Positions 16,250 to 31,354 of a DNA stretch of 64,000 bases are shown one piece after another. The position numbers and the translations under genes were made by a program. Every line of letters begins with the position of its first letter. Within the stretch, counting starts at the first letter, position 1. Source of the DNA: Octopus vulgaris (taxonomy: Eukaryota); NCBI GenBank assembly GCA_951406725.2, contig OX597825.1, positions 71,796,001 to 71,860,000 on the forward strand, read 5' to 3'. The notes below the pieces were generated by a model. It did not search any database, had not been told where the DNA came from, and saw only the letters and a list, made by a program, of their open reading frames with translations.

Positions 16250-16653
16250 AGGTGTAGGAGTGGCTGTGTGGTAAGTAGCTTGCTTACCAACCACATGGTT
16301 CCGTGTTCAGTCCCACTGCGTGGCATCTTGGGCAAGTGTCTTCTACTATAGCATCGGGCCGACCAAAGCTTTGTGAGTGGATTTGGTAGACGGAAACTGA
16401 AAGAAGCCCGTCGTATATATGTATGTGTGTGTATGTTTGTGTGTCTGTGTTTGTCCCCCACAACATCGCTTGACAACCGATGCTGGTGTGTTTACGTCCC
16501 CCGTAACTTAGCGGTTCGGCAAAAGAGACCGATAGAATAAGTACTAGGCTTACAAAGAATAAGTCCTGGGGGTCGATTTGCTCGACTAAAGGCGGTGCTC
16601 CAGCATGGCCGCAGTCACATGACTGAAACAAAGTAAAAGAGAGTAAAAGAGAG
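16250..16653 (+). mobile_element. tRNA-derived SINE family A, full length (representative copy)
   Basis: A-box TGGCTGTGTGG, B-box GTTCAGTCC, CORE-like (c)ttgggcaagt, internal TA/TG microsatellite, 3' (GTAAAAGA)n tail. Confidence 0.9.
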
Positions 16654-16924
16654 CTACTGTTTTAAGTTGGACGAGTGCCCACGTAGCGGCTTCCTTTGGT
16701 AGTCCCTGTATTTGTGTGTATATGCGTGTAGGTAGGTAGGTGCTAGGTGGTCAAATATCCAATTTCCCATTTATATTCCGGCTATAGCTATTATTATTCA
16801 TAATATAGTCTCTCACACTCTTCATACACTCACGTCCATAATAAACTTCCTCGAACTAATTTCTGTCTGTCTGTCTGTCTGTTTCTCTCTTAGTTCTATT
16901 GACCTTGGCTTGCTTCTCACCCTT

Positions 16925-16970
<46 letters not shown>

Positions 16971-17439
16971 ACATCTCCTTTCTTCCTCTCCCCACGTCTT
17001 CTTCACTGCGACATTCTTCTATCATCCATTGACGTCCAACACTCCCTCAATTAGCCCCGCCCACTTTCGTTTATTTACTCCTACTTCTCTTTCCCATTCT
17101 CTTCTTTTTCTTCTACTCGATTCTTCCTTTTCTCCTTTTCTATCTCGTAATGTCTTTGTTATTGCTATTTTTTCTTATACATTCATCGACGTCGCCATCA
17201 TCATCATCATCATCATCATCATCATAGTCGTCATCGTCTTCTTCAACGTTGTCACCATCGTCCTCCTCATCGTTGTTGTCATCGTCGTCGTCGCCATCTT
17301 CCTTCTCTTCGTTATCATTATTACCGTCATCTTCATCGTCGTCGTCGCCGTTGTCGCCGTCGTCGTTATCGTCGTTAGCGTCATCATCATCATCATCACC
17401 ACCATCATCATCCCCACATCACCATCATCACCATCATCA

Positions 17440-17471
<32 letters not shown>

Positions 17472-17536
17472 CTATCATCATCATCATCATCACGACGACG
17501 ACGACGACGACGACGACCACCACCACCACGACGACC

Positions 17537-17568
<32 letters not shown>

Positions 17569-17849
17569 CAGCAACAACACCGTCACTGCCTCCATACAGT
17601 AACGCCTGCTCCTATGCACACACACTCACACACACATACATACATGCACACACAACACAGTACAACACCTCACACACACATACACATACACACACATATG
17701 TGCAAATATATGTATATAAACATACACATATACATGCACATATAATATATATACATAGGTACAATATATATACACATATATATATACAAAGATAGATGGT
17801 TAAAATGTATGTCAATTTGTGCACGTTTATAAAAACACACACACGCACA

Positions 17850-17892
<43 letters not shown>

Positions 17893-18119
17893 TACATGCA
17901 AACGCTTACGTGCAAAGATAATTAGTTATCTATATGATATTATCTAATCTGCTACAAACTCCACGTAGCTGGGAGGTGGACATAGCTATTGACCTTCACT
18001 CTTAAGTGACTTTACACTTTGACACTGCACACACTGACCAGTGACATCAACACAACGTCCACTCGCCCAGTTGTTGCGTTTACTGCTGCTTCTAGCGATT
18101 TTATAAATTTATGTCTCTC

Positions 18120-18321
18120 TCTTTTTTTACTCTTTTACTTGTTTCAGCCAGTTGACTGCGGCCATGCTGGAGCACCGCCTTTTGTCGAGCAAATCGATCC
18201 AGGACTTATTCTTTTTGTAAGCCAAGTACTTATTCTATCGGTTTCTTTTGCCGAACCGATAGGTTACGGTGACGTAAACACACCAGCATCGGTTGTCAAA
18301 CGATGCTGGGGGGACAAACAC

Positions 18322-18393
<72 letters not shown>

Positions 18394-18569
18394 GTATACA
18401 TATATACGACGGGCTTCTTTCAGTATCCGTCTACCAAATCCACTCACAAGGCTTTGGTCGGCCCGAGGCTATAGTAGAAGACACTTGCCCAAGGTGCCAC
18501 GCAGTGGGGCTGAACCCAGAACCATGTGGTCGGTTAGCAAGCTACCTACCACACAGCCACTCCGGCACC
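18120..18569 (-). mobile_element. SINE family A
   Basis: Full-length reverse copy with internal (CA)n. Confidence 0.9.
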
Positions 18570-18637
18570 TATGTACATATATTATCGAAGTACTATGCGA
18601 TTAAAGTCTACAGTTTGCGGAAAAACATTTTTTTAAA

Positions 18638-19022
18638 TTTCTTTACTGCCCACAAGGACAGACAAACGTATTAAGTCGATTATATCGCCCCAGTGCATAA
18701 CTGGTACATATTTAATCGACCCCGAAAGGATGAAAGGCAAAGTCGACCTCAGTGGAATTTGAACTCAGAACGTAATGGCAGACGAAATACCTATTTCTTT
18801 GCTACCCACAAGGGGCTAAACACAGAGAGGGCAAACAAGGACAGACAAACGGATTAAGTCGATTATATCGGTCCCAGTGCGTAACTGGTACTTATTTAAT
18901 CGACCCCGAAAGAATGAAAGGCAAAGTCGACCTCGGCGGAATTTGAACTCAGAACGTAGCGGCAGACAAAATATCACTAAGCATTTCGCCCGGCGTGCTA
19001 AGGTTTCTGCCAGCTCGCCGCC
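18638..19022 (-). mobile_element. SINE family C, two tandem copies (one truncated)
   Basis: Reverse of ggcggcgagctggcagaa...gagttcaaattccgccgaggtcgactttgcctttcat...ggggtcgattaaataagtaccag. Other copies at about 13470-13600, 15780-15870, 27140-27460, 36690-36770, 44503-44710, 46410-46621, 47970-48096, 48540-48740, 50770-50925 and 59860-60025. Confidence 0.85.
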
Positions 19023-19316
19023 TTTAAACAAAGTTTCTAGCTACTACATTGACCAATTATTCGCATCACGTGTAACGGCCATCCTTAACAATTTAATAAA
19101 ACAGCAAAATCAAAATAGTAAAAATAGTATTTTCTTGCAGTGATCATAAAAAATTTACGGTTATTCTGAAAAAATTTAAGATTGTAGGAAAATTTTAAGA
19201 TTGTAGGAACACTTTAGAGAACCCATGAACTACATAGTCTCCTTTGAAATGGTATTTTTCCTTAAGCGTTTCTTTCTTGAGATGATATAAATTCCATACA
19301 GGTAATATTGGAAGTT

Positions 19317-19526
19317 GTGGAGGCGCGTGGCTTAGTGGTTAGGGTGTCAGCATCATGATCGTAAGATTGTGGTTTCGAATACTGGACCAGGAGACGCGTT
19401 GTGTTCTTGAGCAAAACACTTCATTTCACGTTGTTCCAGTCCATTCAGCTGGCAAAAGTGAGTAACGCTACGATGGACTGTCGTCCTGTCCAGCTGGGGA
19501 ACACATACGCCATTGAAACCGGGAAA
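19317..19526 (+). mobile_element. tRNA-derived CORE-type SINE with tail Y, 3'-truncated against the mariner remnant
   Basis: TGGCTTAGTGG A-box, gttcttgagcaaaacact body, and atacgcca..gaaaccgggaaa tail shared with the 13151 copy. Confidence 0.85.
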
Positions 19527-20378
19527 TTTAAATATAGCCGGACGAGCGTGAAGCCCGAAGAGAGAGCAGGACATCCATCAACCTCCACCATTGACATGAA
19601 AATTCAACAAGCACGGTTGATGGTTGTGGTGAACTGTGACCAGCGATGAGGCGACATGTTCTCTGCATATTAGTCATGGTTCTGAAATCATCCATGACAA
19701 GCTTCGCTTCTGTACTGTGCGAGATGGGTGCCAAAAGAGCTTATAGAAGCGCATAAGCGCAATCTTGTGGAGATATATCAACACTTACTTGACAGCTACG
19801 ACAAAGCTTCTTTGGTGAGAAGATTCACAGGAAATGAAATCTGGAACCATCACTTTGAACTAAAATCCAAAAGGTAGAATATGGAGTGGAAACAATCGTA
19901 CTCGCCAGCGACAAAGAAATGCTGTCCTTTTTGGGGAACGCAAAATGTCTTATACTGGAACATTACTGGAAAAGGGATCTACAATCTCGAGTGTAGGCTA
20001 CAGTTGGCCAATAAAGTGAAATCAGCAATTCGCATCAAACGCCCGAGGTCTATTGACAGCGCATATGTCACTGTTGCTCGACATTGCATGTACACATATG
20101 ACTGCCTCTACCGTTGAGACTATGAAAAATTGGCTTTCTAGTTGCTGAAACATCCTGCATACAGTTTCGATCTCACTACTCCCGACTGTCACCTCTTTGA
20201 ACCGTTCGAACATCCTTTACTAGTTCGTCAATTTGCTACGGACGAAGAAGAGTAGTAAGCGGTATATAAATGGCTGCGCGACCAGCCGAAACCCTTCTTC
20301 TATGGAATAAGCAAGCTTGTGGAGCGCTGGTAGAAGTGCATTGAAAAGCTAAGAGGCTGTCGAAAAATGAATGTAATA
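19527..20378 (+). mobile_element. Decayed mariner transposase pseudogene
   Basis: Fragments RTSVKPEERAGHPSTS, ARWVPKEL, TGNEIWNHHF..KSKR*NMEWK, HPAYSFDLTTPDCHLF (YSPDL motif) and GISKLVERW*KCI, with frameshifts and stops. Confidence 0.9.
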
Positions 20379-22079
20379 GTGTGTGTGTCTGTGTCTGTGT
20401 ATAAGTGTATGTGTCTGCATGTGTGTGTGTGTGTGCGTGCGTTTGTGTGAATATATTTACACACACACACATATGTATGTATATAGATACCTTAAAATCT
20501 ATGCGCAGGAAAAGCTACTAGATTATGGTGGTAGATTAAAAATTTTTTCATCGATTATATTCTAATGTAAAGGATGAACATAGAGAACCAAACAAAAAGG
20601 CCTAATACATTTAGATTAATGAATGATTTTCTAATTTCGAATACAATATTTCAAAAGAGAATTTTGATTACATCACAAATACTCGACATCTAAGGCCGTA
20701 CACAGTCCACACTCATGACCGATGACATTACTGAAGATAACTGCTCAAAATGAAACACAAACCCCTCTAAAAAAAACAACGATGGTACTGGCGAGAGGGT
20801 AACAAACAGTCCCTCATAGTTCCTTGCCATTAAATGCAGTATCCTCCTGACTCCACTCCAACGAACATTCAGAGATATCAATTATAGCCTAGAACACAGT
20901 ACGAAACCATGCTAAGCGCAGTGGCTAGCACACAGGGAAGGAGACAGCCTAATAGATAAGGTATTGGACTCACAATGATAAGGTCAAGAATTCGATTCCT
21001 GAACCGGGTGGCACGTTTCCTTCAGCAAGGTACCCCATTGCACGTTTCTCTTATCTACTTAGGAGTAATAAATACCACCAGGTGTAGTTCTCTCTCCTTC
21101 CAACTGCCACATGTACTGTTTGGTTAAGAGTGAAAATATCAAGATGGTGTCTATGTCTACACGCGACTATATTGATCCCTAATATAAGTAGCGAACGTAT
21201 GACTGTTCTTTGGCTTTATATACAAAGTTAGGCATCAATATTAATAGTAGCGTTAGCTCCATCAAAATACTGAGGATACACACCACGAAAAGTAAGTACA
21301 AAGGAAGATTAATACTTGTACTCCAATTGAGTCCACATGAAATGCCTCCATTTTGGTCACTTACCGAGCCAGTACACATATACTGAATGAGACTGGTTAG
21401 AAGGTAGTCTGGTTAGAATCAAATATGAGTAAACAGCAGCCTTCATGATGCATACAGCCAATGGGACTTTTTGAATGATGCGCCTTGCGAGAAATGTTAC
21501 CTTAAATTTTTTTTGAAATGTGCAGCTTGACTGACGATGAGCCATGTAACACGCGTCCTGCTCCTCGAAAATAGGTTGATCATCATGCCTGCTCTACAAT
21601 ATACTTATCTTGTAGACTAGAAACCATACAATGATCCAATGCCTACTTCAGTGCTTAGTGTGGTCCTCAACATCGCAGAACATAATATTATTGATGATGC
21701 TTGAATTTTGATTTTCCCCTGATTATTTGGATCTCCGATAAGTTTGCTCGACAGCTAGAAATAGCAAACAAATACTCCAATAAAATGACACTTCATTGTT
21801 CATAGAAAACGACACATTGCATATAGATCTGATTTCCAAGAACATGGGAAAAGAACGGAATGGTCACGGTTGGATTGTTTTTAGTAATAGGTCTGTTTGC
21901 CAAGTGAATACCAGAGACAAGCAAAAACGAACTACCTGCGAGACGACGAGGCAACGCTAAACTTGTACGCTAGGCCAGCTAGAAATAACAGCCAGATCTT
22001 AAAATCATATCATTTAATCTTTAAATCTAAATCTATTTACAAAAATACCCAGTTTGGATAAATATAACTCTCTATTTCA

Positions 22080-22165
<86 letters not shown>

Positions 22166-22697
22166 ATCAAATATGTCCTTTGAAAACGAAGTGAACTGGA
22201 TTTCAGATAAGTGTTCTTGGTATAAGAAATATCTAAAACCTTAAAAAGATATTTAGAGATTCAATAAGAGCGATTATATATTAGAGAGGAAAAGAAGGAA
22301 AAGTTATGTCTTAAAAATCACAGTAGAGGTAAGTCCATGATATAAGCAATGTTATATTAATGAATAAAGTACAGTTATGATCATTAATTTTTTTTTTTTG
22401 AAAAGGTCTTGAAATGTCATACGATCGTTTCATGAATATACTACCTCTCAAAATGAAATCTAAAGTTGATAGTCATTATTGGGAAGTATATCCACTCGTT
22501 AGAGAAAAAGATGAATTTCAGTATAGTAAATCGAATAATGGAAATGCTATTTAAAATCGGATGAGAAAAGTGTTTAAAAAATTATTGGTATAAATCTGTG
22601 CTGATTTAAATTTGAGCTAAAAGTTTTGAAAAAATAAGATAAATCCCTAGCATAAATACGTGGTAAAGAATCTGTAATTGCTGTGTAGATAAAATTC

Positions 22698-22752
<55 letters not shown>

Positions 22753-22812
22753 TTGTTATCCCTTTTTGTATCACCTAGTTGTCCGGATGTTTTGCGTTCT
22801 TGTCCCATTTTG

Positions 22813-22843
<31 letters not shown>

Positions 22844-23135
22844 AGTAAACAAAAGATTGACTAACATTGATTATTACTTCTTAATACAAATAAACTTTAT
22901 CCAAAAGTAATAATCGATGTTACTCAATTGCTTTTGATCAATCATTACCCATTTTTTTGTCTACTTTTAATTTGATCCCTTATAAACTCATGTTCATCTT
23001 TGTCATTGCCTGTAACCTATGCGCATACTAAGCATGTATATGTATGCCAAGGGTTAAGATAGGTAATTATGCCGGTAGTATAACGGATATTTTTTATCAC
23101 TTAGACGTTTATTACAACGTCTAACTCTACTAACC

Positions 23136-23188
<53 letters not shown>

Positions 23189-23531
23189 CACCGTTGGTGA
23201 CGTCCTGTACCTATATATGCATGTATATACACACACACACATATATATTATTTATGATTTACTATTTAATTGAACGCGACGCATCCATTTCGAGGTATAT
23301 ACATACATACATGCATATATATATATATGCATGTATTTATATATATGTATATATGTATGTATCTATGTATTTGTAAATATGTATGTGCACATGTGTGTAT
23401 GTATGTACATATGTACATTTGTATATATATATATATGCGTATGTATATCTGTATATATATGTGTGTATATATGTATGCATGTGCATATATATGTATGTAT
23501 GTGTCTGTAAGTGTATATATATATTTTTATA

Positions 23532-23566
<35 letters not shown>

Positions 23567-23966
23567 ACATACATTCATATAAGCACGATATACATAAATG
23601 CATAAATATATATAAGCATGGAGATAAACATACCAAAATAGGCACACATATGCTTACTATGACATATTACTGCCTTTAAATGCATTAGCATAATTAGCAG
23701 CGACTAAATAAAGTACTCAATACACGTGCCGTAACAAATATGTATTATAATCTTCTTGAAAGTGACTTCGAAATTTAACCCGCGGCGGCACAGTCCAACG
23801 GTTTGAATAACCCACCACATTACACACAGTTACACTCTCATGCATACACATACTCACACACGCATATATATACATATATGTGTGATTATTGTATGTCTAT
23901 AGCTATATATGTGGTACTCCAGTATGACCGCAGCTGCACGGCTAAAACGCATAAAAGAATAAAAGA

Positions 23967-24044
<78 letters not shown>

Positions 24045-24356
24045 TGTAAAAAAATACAAACTGGGACCAGAACGCAAAACATTTAGAAGACGATACAAAA
24101 AACACATTCGAAGCCTTCGATCTTCAGTCAAGAACCGGATCATCCTCGCAGTTTCGGCTGATATATATTGATATTCAATATTTCATCTATTCAATAAGAC
24201 AATCAATACTTCATTTCATCATACTATATATATATTATTTATACTACATATTCTATATTTTACATTAATATTATAAAGAATATAAATAAAACATAAAAAC
24301 AGAGTTGGAATTTCTTTGAATAATATATGTCCCTCTATACACAATCACACAAACCC

Positions 24357-24407
<51 letters not shown>

Positions 24408-24419
24408 TACACACACACA

Positions 24420-24485
<66 letters not shown>

Positions 24486-24706
24486 GTATATATGTATATA
24501 TATATATTTCTTTCGAAAAAAATCTTATCCTACATTAGTTATATATATATACATACGTACATACGTACATGCATACACACATATATACATACATACATAC
24601 ATACATACAATCGTACGTACATACATACAGACATACGTACATACGTACATACATACATACATACATACATACATACATGCATACCTACATAGTACATACA
24701 TACATG

Positions 24707-24738
<32 letters not shown>

Positions 24739-25037
24739 CATATATACATACATACATACAAACGTACGTACATACATACATACAAACGTACGTACATACA
24801 TACATACATACATACATACATACATACATACATACATACGTACTCGCACACAGACATACACATACATGACGGAGTAGTATTTGTAGTAACAATAGCAGCA
24901 GTAGAAGCACCGGCTACAACAGCAGCAGCAGCAGCATCAGCAGCAGCAGCAGCAGCAGCGGTAGCAGCAGTAGCAGCAGCAGGAGTAGCCAGCAACACCT
25001 CGGCAAACTACATCTTATTAATGTGTCTTTGGCATAG

Positions 25038-25085
25038 TCAACGCCTACTTGAGATATTCGGCGGATGTCTTGACAGCTTTAACAG
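25038..25085 (+). CDS. Candidate 48-nt internal coding exon of an unidentified gene ([16 protein letters not shown])
   Basis: Unique island between (GCA)n and (CAA)n repeats. Acceptor tgtgtctttggcatAG, donor AACAG|GTTAGT. Phase 2 in and phase 2 out; AG+G gives Arg when joined to the 43338 exon. Confidence 0.4.
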
Positions 25086-25526
25086 GTTAGTTGGTGTCTT
25101 TTACAAAACTAAGTTAGAGCGACAACAACCTTACAACAATACAATACAAAAAAAAAACAAAAAAACAGCAACAAGTAAACAACTGCTACAGCAATAACAA
25201 CACGATAAACAACAACAACAACAACAACAATAACAACAGCTATGATGATTACGACGACGACGGCGACAAATAATGATTACAACAATATCAACAACATCGA
25301 TAGCAGCTGAGTTCCCGAAACAACAACAAAAATAAAGGTAATAATACATATTTATTATTTATTATTTAATAATTGGTAATTAATTATTAATCGATCATTT
25401 TGATTGTAATTGGTTAATGAGGACTGTGGTGATGGCGCAGTCGGTTAGAGGAGCGGGCTAAAATATTTTGGAAAAAAATTCAGTCCTGGTTCCAATCTTT
25501 ATATTCCGAGATAAAATTTTCAGCAA

Positions 25527-25690
25527 GGCACAGGCGTGGCTCTGTGGTAAAAAGTTCGTTTCCGAACCACATGGTCCCGGGCTCAGTCGCACTAAACGGC
25601 ATCTTGGGCCGATGTCTTCTACTATAGCCCCATATCGATCTAAGTCTTGTGAGCGGATTTGGTGGACAGAAGCTGAAGGAAAACCGTCCT

Positions 25691-25772
<82 letters not shown>

Positions 25773-25998
25773 GGTGTGTGTGTGTGTGTGTATGTGCTTG
25801 TCTCTCCATCAACATTTGACAACCGCTGTTCGTGTGTTTACGTCCCTGCAGTTAGCGGTTTCATCAAAAGGGACTGATAGAATAAGTACCCGGAGTAAGA
25901 AAAAAAGTACTGGTGGCGATTTGTTCATCTGTGATTCTTCTAGACAGTGCCTCAGTATGGCCGCAGTCTAATGACTGAAACAAGTATAAGAATAAAAG
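25527..25998 (+). mobile_element. SINE family A, diverged
   Basis: ggcacaggcgtggctctgtggtaa...gactgaaacaagtataagaataaaag. Confidence 0.8.
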
Positions 25999-26009
25999 TG
26001 TGTGTGTGC

Positions 26010-26044
<35 letters not shown>

Positions 26045-26131
26045 CACACACATCTGATGTATAAAATTTTCAAGACATTTTATCTGTTGCCAGCATATTA
26101 AAAAATACCTTTTAGGGTGAAATTTATAAAC

Positions 26132-26309
26132 AACTTATAAATAAGGGCAAAAGAAAAATAAAAAAAAATTCCTATCCCAAATATGCCGAGAAATAGATTT
26201 TAAATCGTCAATAACCACATATAATTCTATGTGGTTATTGACGATTTAAAGTTTATTTCTCGGCATATTATGTATATGAATTTTTTTTTCTTTTGCCCTT
26301 ATTTATAAG

Positions 26310-26311
<2 letters not shown>
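26132..26311. repeat. ~180-bp foldback palindrome
   Basis: 42-bp inner arms 26180-26221 and 26228-26269 with a 6-nt loop. Outer arms aacttataaataagggcaaaagaaaaa / tttttcttttgcccttatttataagtt. Confidence 0.9.
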
Positions 26312-26382
<71 letters not shown>

Positions 26383-26405
26383 AGTTGCAAATTAACCACT
26401 CATAT

Positions 26406-26484
<79 letters not shown>

Positions 26485-28058
26485 ATACATATAAATGTAT
26501 GTATTGTATATTTATGTATATGTGTGTATATGTGCGTATGTGTGTGTGTGCGTGTGAGTATGTGTGTGTGTATATATGCATATGTATATGTATAGGTATG
26601 TATATATACATGTATGCATGTATATTATATATATACATATATATATATATATACGCATATATGTTTATGTATGTATATACACACACTTACATGAATGTAT
26701 GTATGTTTGTATGTGTGTGTTTATGTATGTATGTATGTATGTATGTATGTATGCATGTATGTATGTATGCATGTATGTATGTGTGTGTGTGAGTGTGAGA
26801 AAGAGAGAGGGGGAGAGAGAGAATGAGAGAGAGAAAGTGAGAGAATGAATGTGTGTGTATGTGTTTGTGTTATCCATCATCACCGTTTGACAGCCGGTGT
26901 TGCTTAGGCCCTCGTTCCATAGCGGTTCGGCAAAAGTAAACCGATAGAATAAATACCAGGCTGAAAACTAAAAAGTAGAAATATGTGTGTGTGTGTGATT
27001 GTATGCATGTACTCGAATACGTCTGTATGTATATGTTAACGCGTGTGTGTGTGTACACATGTGTATATGAATGTATACATATGTGTGTTGAAGTGTGTGT
27101 TTCCGTATTTGTTTGCTGAATCATTATATAATATTCAAATTTTGGCACAAGGCCAGCAACTTCGGGGTTGGGGTGAATTCGATAACATCGATCCAGTATT
27201 TAGCTGGTACTTATTTTATCGACCGCGAAAGGCTGAAAGGCAAAATCGATCTCGGTGGCATCTGAACACAGAACATAAGTGTTATATCGCACGTTCCGAT
27301 GACCTCTACTCAACTCCCGACGTCTAGACTTCTCTCTCTATATCTACGTATTGGGCTAGCCTACTTCATCGTCTTGGGGCGTCCACACAACAATAAGGAC
27401 GGACGAAATGCTGCTTAGCATTTTGTCCGACGTGCAAACGATTCTGCCAGCTCGCCGCCCTAAATATTTCATAATATTGACATTACTTCCTCATCAAACG
27501 AAAATAATTAAAATGCCAATTAAATCTTCATTACAAGAAATTAACACACTTCCTTTTGATTGTCGTACCGAACAAGGGAGAATTTACCTGTACGTACTAT
27601 ACAAGAAATGGTAGTCAAATGTGTTTTAAATCAAACACTTCCGCCATGAAAACATGACAGAAACTGTAGCATTGACGTATAACGCAGTAGTATTTAGATA
27701 AAAGCAAATGATCATCGGTGAAAAGGTATTCACCATCGTTCGGCTGAAACGCGACTGACCGAGGGCTAAACGGTAACAAATACATCATCAGCAACAACAA
27801 CATCAAATTTATTGCGGCAAATTGTTTAAATTACACATCTTGAAATTAGGTAGTACATACATAAATACATACATACATACATACATACATACATACATAC
27901 ATACATACATACATACATACATGTATATATACATAGTACACACACGTATATATGTAGATAAATATGCATGTGTTTATGTGTGTGTGTGTATGTGTATGTA
28001 TACATATGTCTCCAAGGTAAATGTATTTTTAATACAACAGTAACTTTATTCATTATAA

Positions 28059-28097
<39 letters not shown>

Positions 28098-28226
28098 CAA
28101 ACTTACACATACGCACACACACATACATACTCATATATAACGCATAAATAGGCATAAATATCTTTTAACATATATATATGTATATGTATATATGTATGTA
28201 TGTATAAATATGTATATATATAGAAA

Positions 28227-28278
<52 letters not shown>

Positions 28279-28528
28279 CGTATATCTATATATGCATATG
28301 TATGTATATATATATATACGTCTATCTATCTACATATATATGTATACATACATACATATCTACATACATACTTACCTACCTACATACATACCTACATACA
28401 TACATACATACATACATACATACATACATACTTACATACATACATACGTACATACACATACATACATATATTTTAAGTAGTATTATGCGGTACCTTCATT
28501 TTGTATTATGAAGACATCAGGATGTGAA

Positions 28529-28576
<48 letters not shown>

Positions 28577-28821
28577 ACATATATGGTTAATATTTCTATC
28601 ATTTCAAGCCAACCAACGTATTCGCGCCAAGGTTGGTGTATAACTTATAGATCACTATGATACTATATTTCACTGTTTGTTAGAATTTCGTTTGAATTTA
28701 GAAATACATGAGAGAGAATGGAAAGATTAAGCAAATCATTGATACGGACGACTGAAAAATTGTAAGTTTAAAATATTAAAATGGACGGTGGTTGGCGAAT
28801 GAGAGTTGCATTATGTCAACT

Positions 28822-28861
<40 letters not shown>

Positions 28862-29089
28862 ATATTTGGGACAAATGGGTATATTAGTGCGTTCAAGTGT
28901 TTGGTAGAGCACAAGTACAGTTTGGGCCACCTGGTGTCATCAGCGGTCCCAGTGTATTCAAGCTGGATCACAACGTGTTGAATGGAGTTTCACCCATAAG
29001 GGACATTAGCAGGATGGATCGAAACGACCGTCGTAAAAAAATGAAGATTAACGCCAAATCCAGCGTCTGATTACTTAAGAAATTATGAT

Positions 29090-29188
<99 letters not shown>

Positions 29189-29207
29189 TATATAATATAT
29201 ATATATA

Positions 29208-29628
29208 TTCTTTTACTTGTTTCAGTCATTTGACTGCGACCATGCTGGAGTACCGCTTTTGTAGAAGAAATCAACCCCAGGACTTATTCTTTGTAAGACT
29301 AGTATTTACTCTGTCGGTCAATTTTGCCGAACCGCTACATTACGGGAGTGTAAACATACGAACATCGGTTGTCAGTCGATGGTGGTGGGACAAACACAGA
29401 CATATACACACACAAACACACACAGACACACACGCACACATACACACACACACAAATATATATATACAACGGGCTTCATTCAGTTTCCGTCTACCAAATC
29501 CACTCACAAGGCTTTGATCGCCTCGGGCTATAGTAGAAAACACTTGCCCAAGGTGCTACGCAGTGGGACTGAAACCAGAACCATGTGGTTGGGAAGCAAG
29601 CTCCTTACTCCAAGGCCACACCTGCCCC
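29208..29628 (-). mobile_element. SINE family A
   Basis: Full-length reverse copy. Confidence 0.85.
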
Positions 29629-29645
29629 TATATATATATAAATAG

Positions 29646-29676
<31 letters not shown>

Positions 29677-29867
29677 CACACAGAAATGCTAGGAAATATG
29701 GAGAAATCATAATCCAAGGACGGAAATGCAAAATCTCATTAATATGGCTGGTAAAGAAATCCAAAGTGTATTATTAATATTATAATACGTATTATTTGTT
29801 TTTGGATAAGTATTATTTTATTGTAAAAGGCGTTCCTTGAAATACTGTTCTTTGGAAGTAACACACA

Positions 29868-29947
<80 letters not shown>

Positions 29948-29990
29948 GCACTATATATATATGCATATATACATATGCACTATATATATA

Positions 29991-30021
<31 letters not shown>

Positions 30022-30035
30022 TTACGTATATATTA

Positions 30036-30117
<82 letters not shown>

Positions 30118-30363
30118 GTATATGTATATACACACGTCTATATGTATTTATGAGCATATATGTGTGTGTGTATGTCTGTGTACGTATGTCTGTATACAGT
30201 TATAAAATATGGATACATAATAAGTCATAATTCGAAAAGAATGCTAATTTTATAATACATATTATATGTAAATATATGGTATACTATATATATTATATAT
30301 ATATGTCTGTGTATCTATGTGTATTTGTGTATATAAATATTCGTACATGTATATGTATATGTA

Positions 30364-30401
<38 letters not shown>

Positions 30402-30444
30402 CATACATACATACATACAAACATATATGTATGTATCATATATG

Positions 30445-30522
<78 letters not shown>

Positions 30523-30645
30523 CATACATTCATGCATATATTTATATGTAAATATATATATATATATATATATATTTCTATGCAAGCATTTGATAAATAA
30601 AATATATATATTGTATAATATGTTTATATGTAAATATATATATAT

Positions 30646-30740
<95 letters not shown>

Positions 30741-30764
30741 TACAGTAATTCCAGAATGCCAAAT

Positions 30765-31000
30765 CCTCATTAGGAATTACACAATCCAAGGTATTCCACT
30801 GGTTTAATTCGTATCATATAATGGAAAAGTTAACGGTATAGGTTTAAGATTATTGAAATTTTCAATATTTAGTGAAAGAACAAGGAGAAAATGGAGAATA
30901 AAAGGATGTAATTAATAAATTATATACATGTTATAAAAATGATGATGTTTGTTATTTTCAAAAGACAGTACAAATAAATGGATTCATTGGAAGTTGAAAG
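30765..31000 (+). mobile_element. Possible highly decayed Penelope-like RT fragment
   Basis: Across frameshifts: NYTIQGIPL and YTCYKNDDV, resembling QxxGxPMG and YxRYxDD. Embedded in (TA)n. Confidence 0.3.
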
Positions 31001-31117
31001 CTCAAAACCTTAAGATAAAATAGAATATATACATATATATATATAGATAGATAGATATAGATTGATAGATAGATATAGATATATATATATATATTTATAT
31101 ATATATGCATATACATA

Positions 31118-31201
<84 letters not shown>

Positions 31202-31321
31202 TATATATATATATATATAAATAAAATATGAATTAGAGTTAAAACCACTATTATGCAACTCAAAAAGTGAGAGACATAAACAAATACATAAATAACAAAT
31301 AATATATATATAATTAATATA

Positions 31322-31354
<33 letters not shown>

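Noticed and set aside
21528-21580. CTGACGA...CTC-GAAA hammerhead-like match (similar partial matches at 20732 and 48898)
   Set aside because: No valid stem I or NUH site. The surrounding sequence looks like a decayed LINE, too degraded to call.
24880-25000. Poly-alanine stretch in frame with the candidate exon
   Set aside because: (GCA)n microsatellite with no upstream acceptor support. A nearer acceptor exists at 25037.
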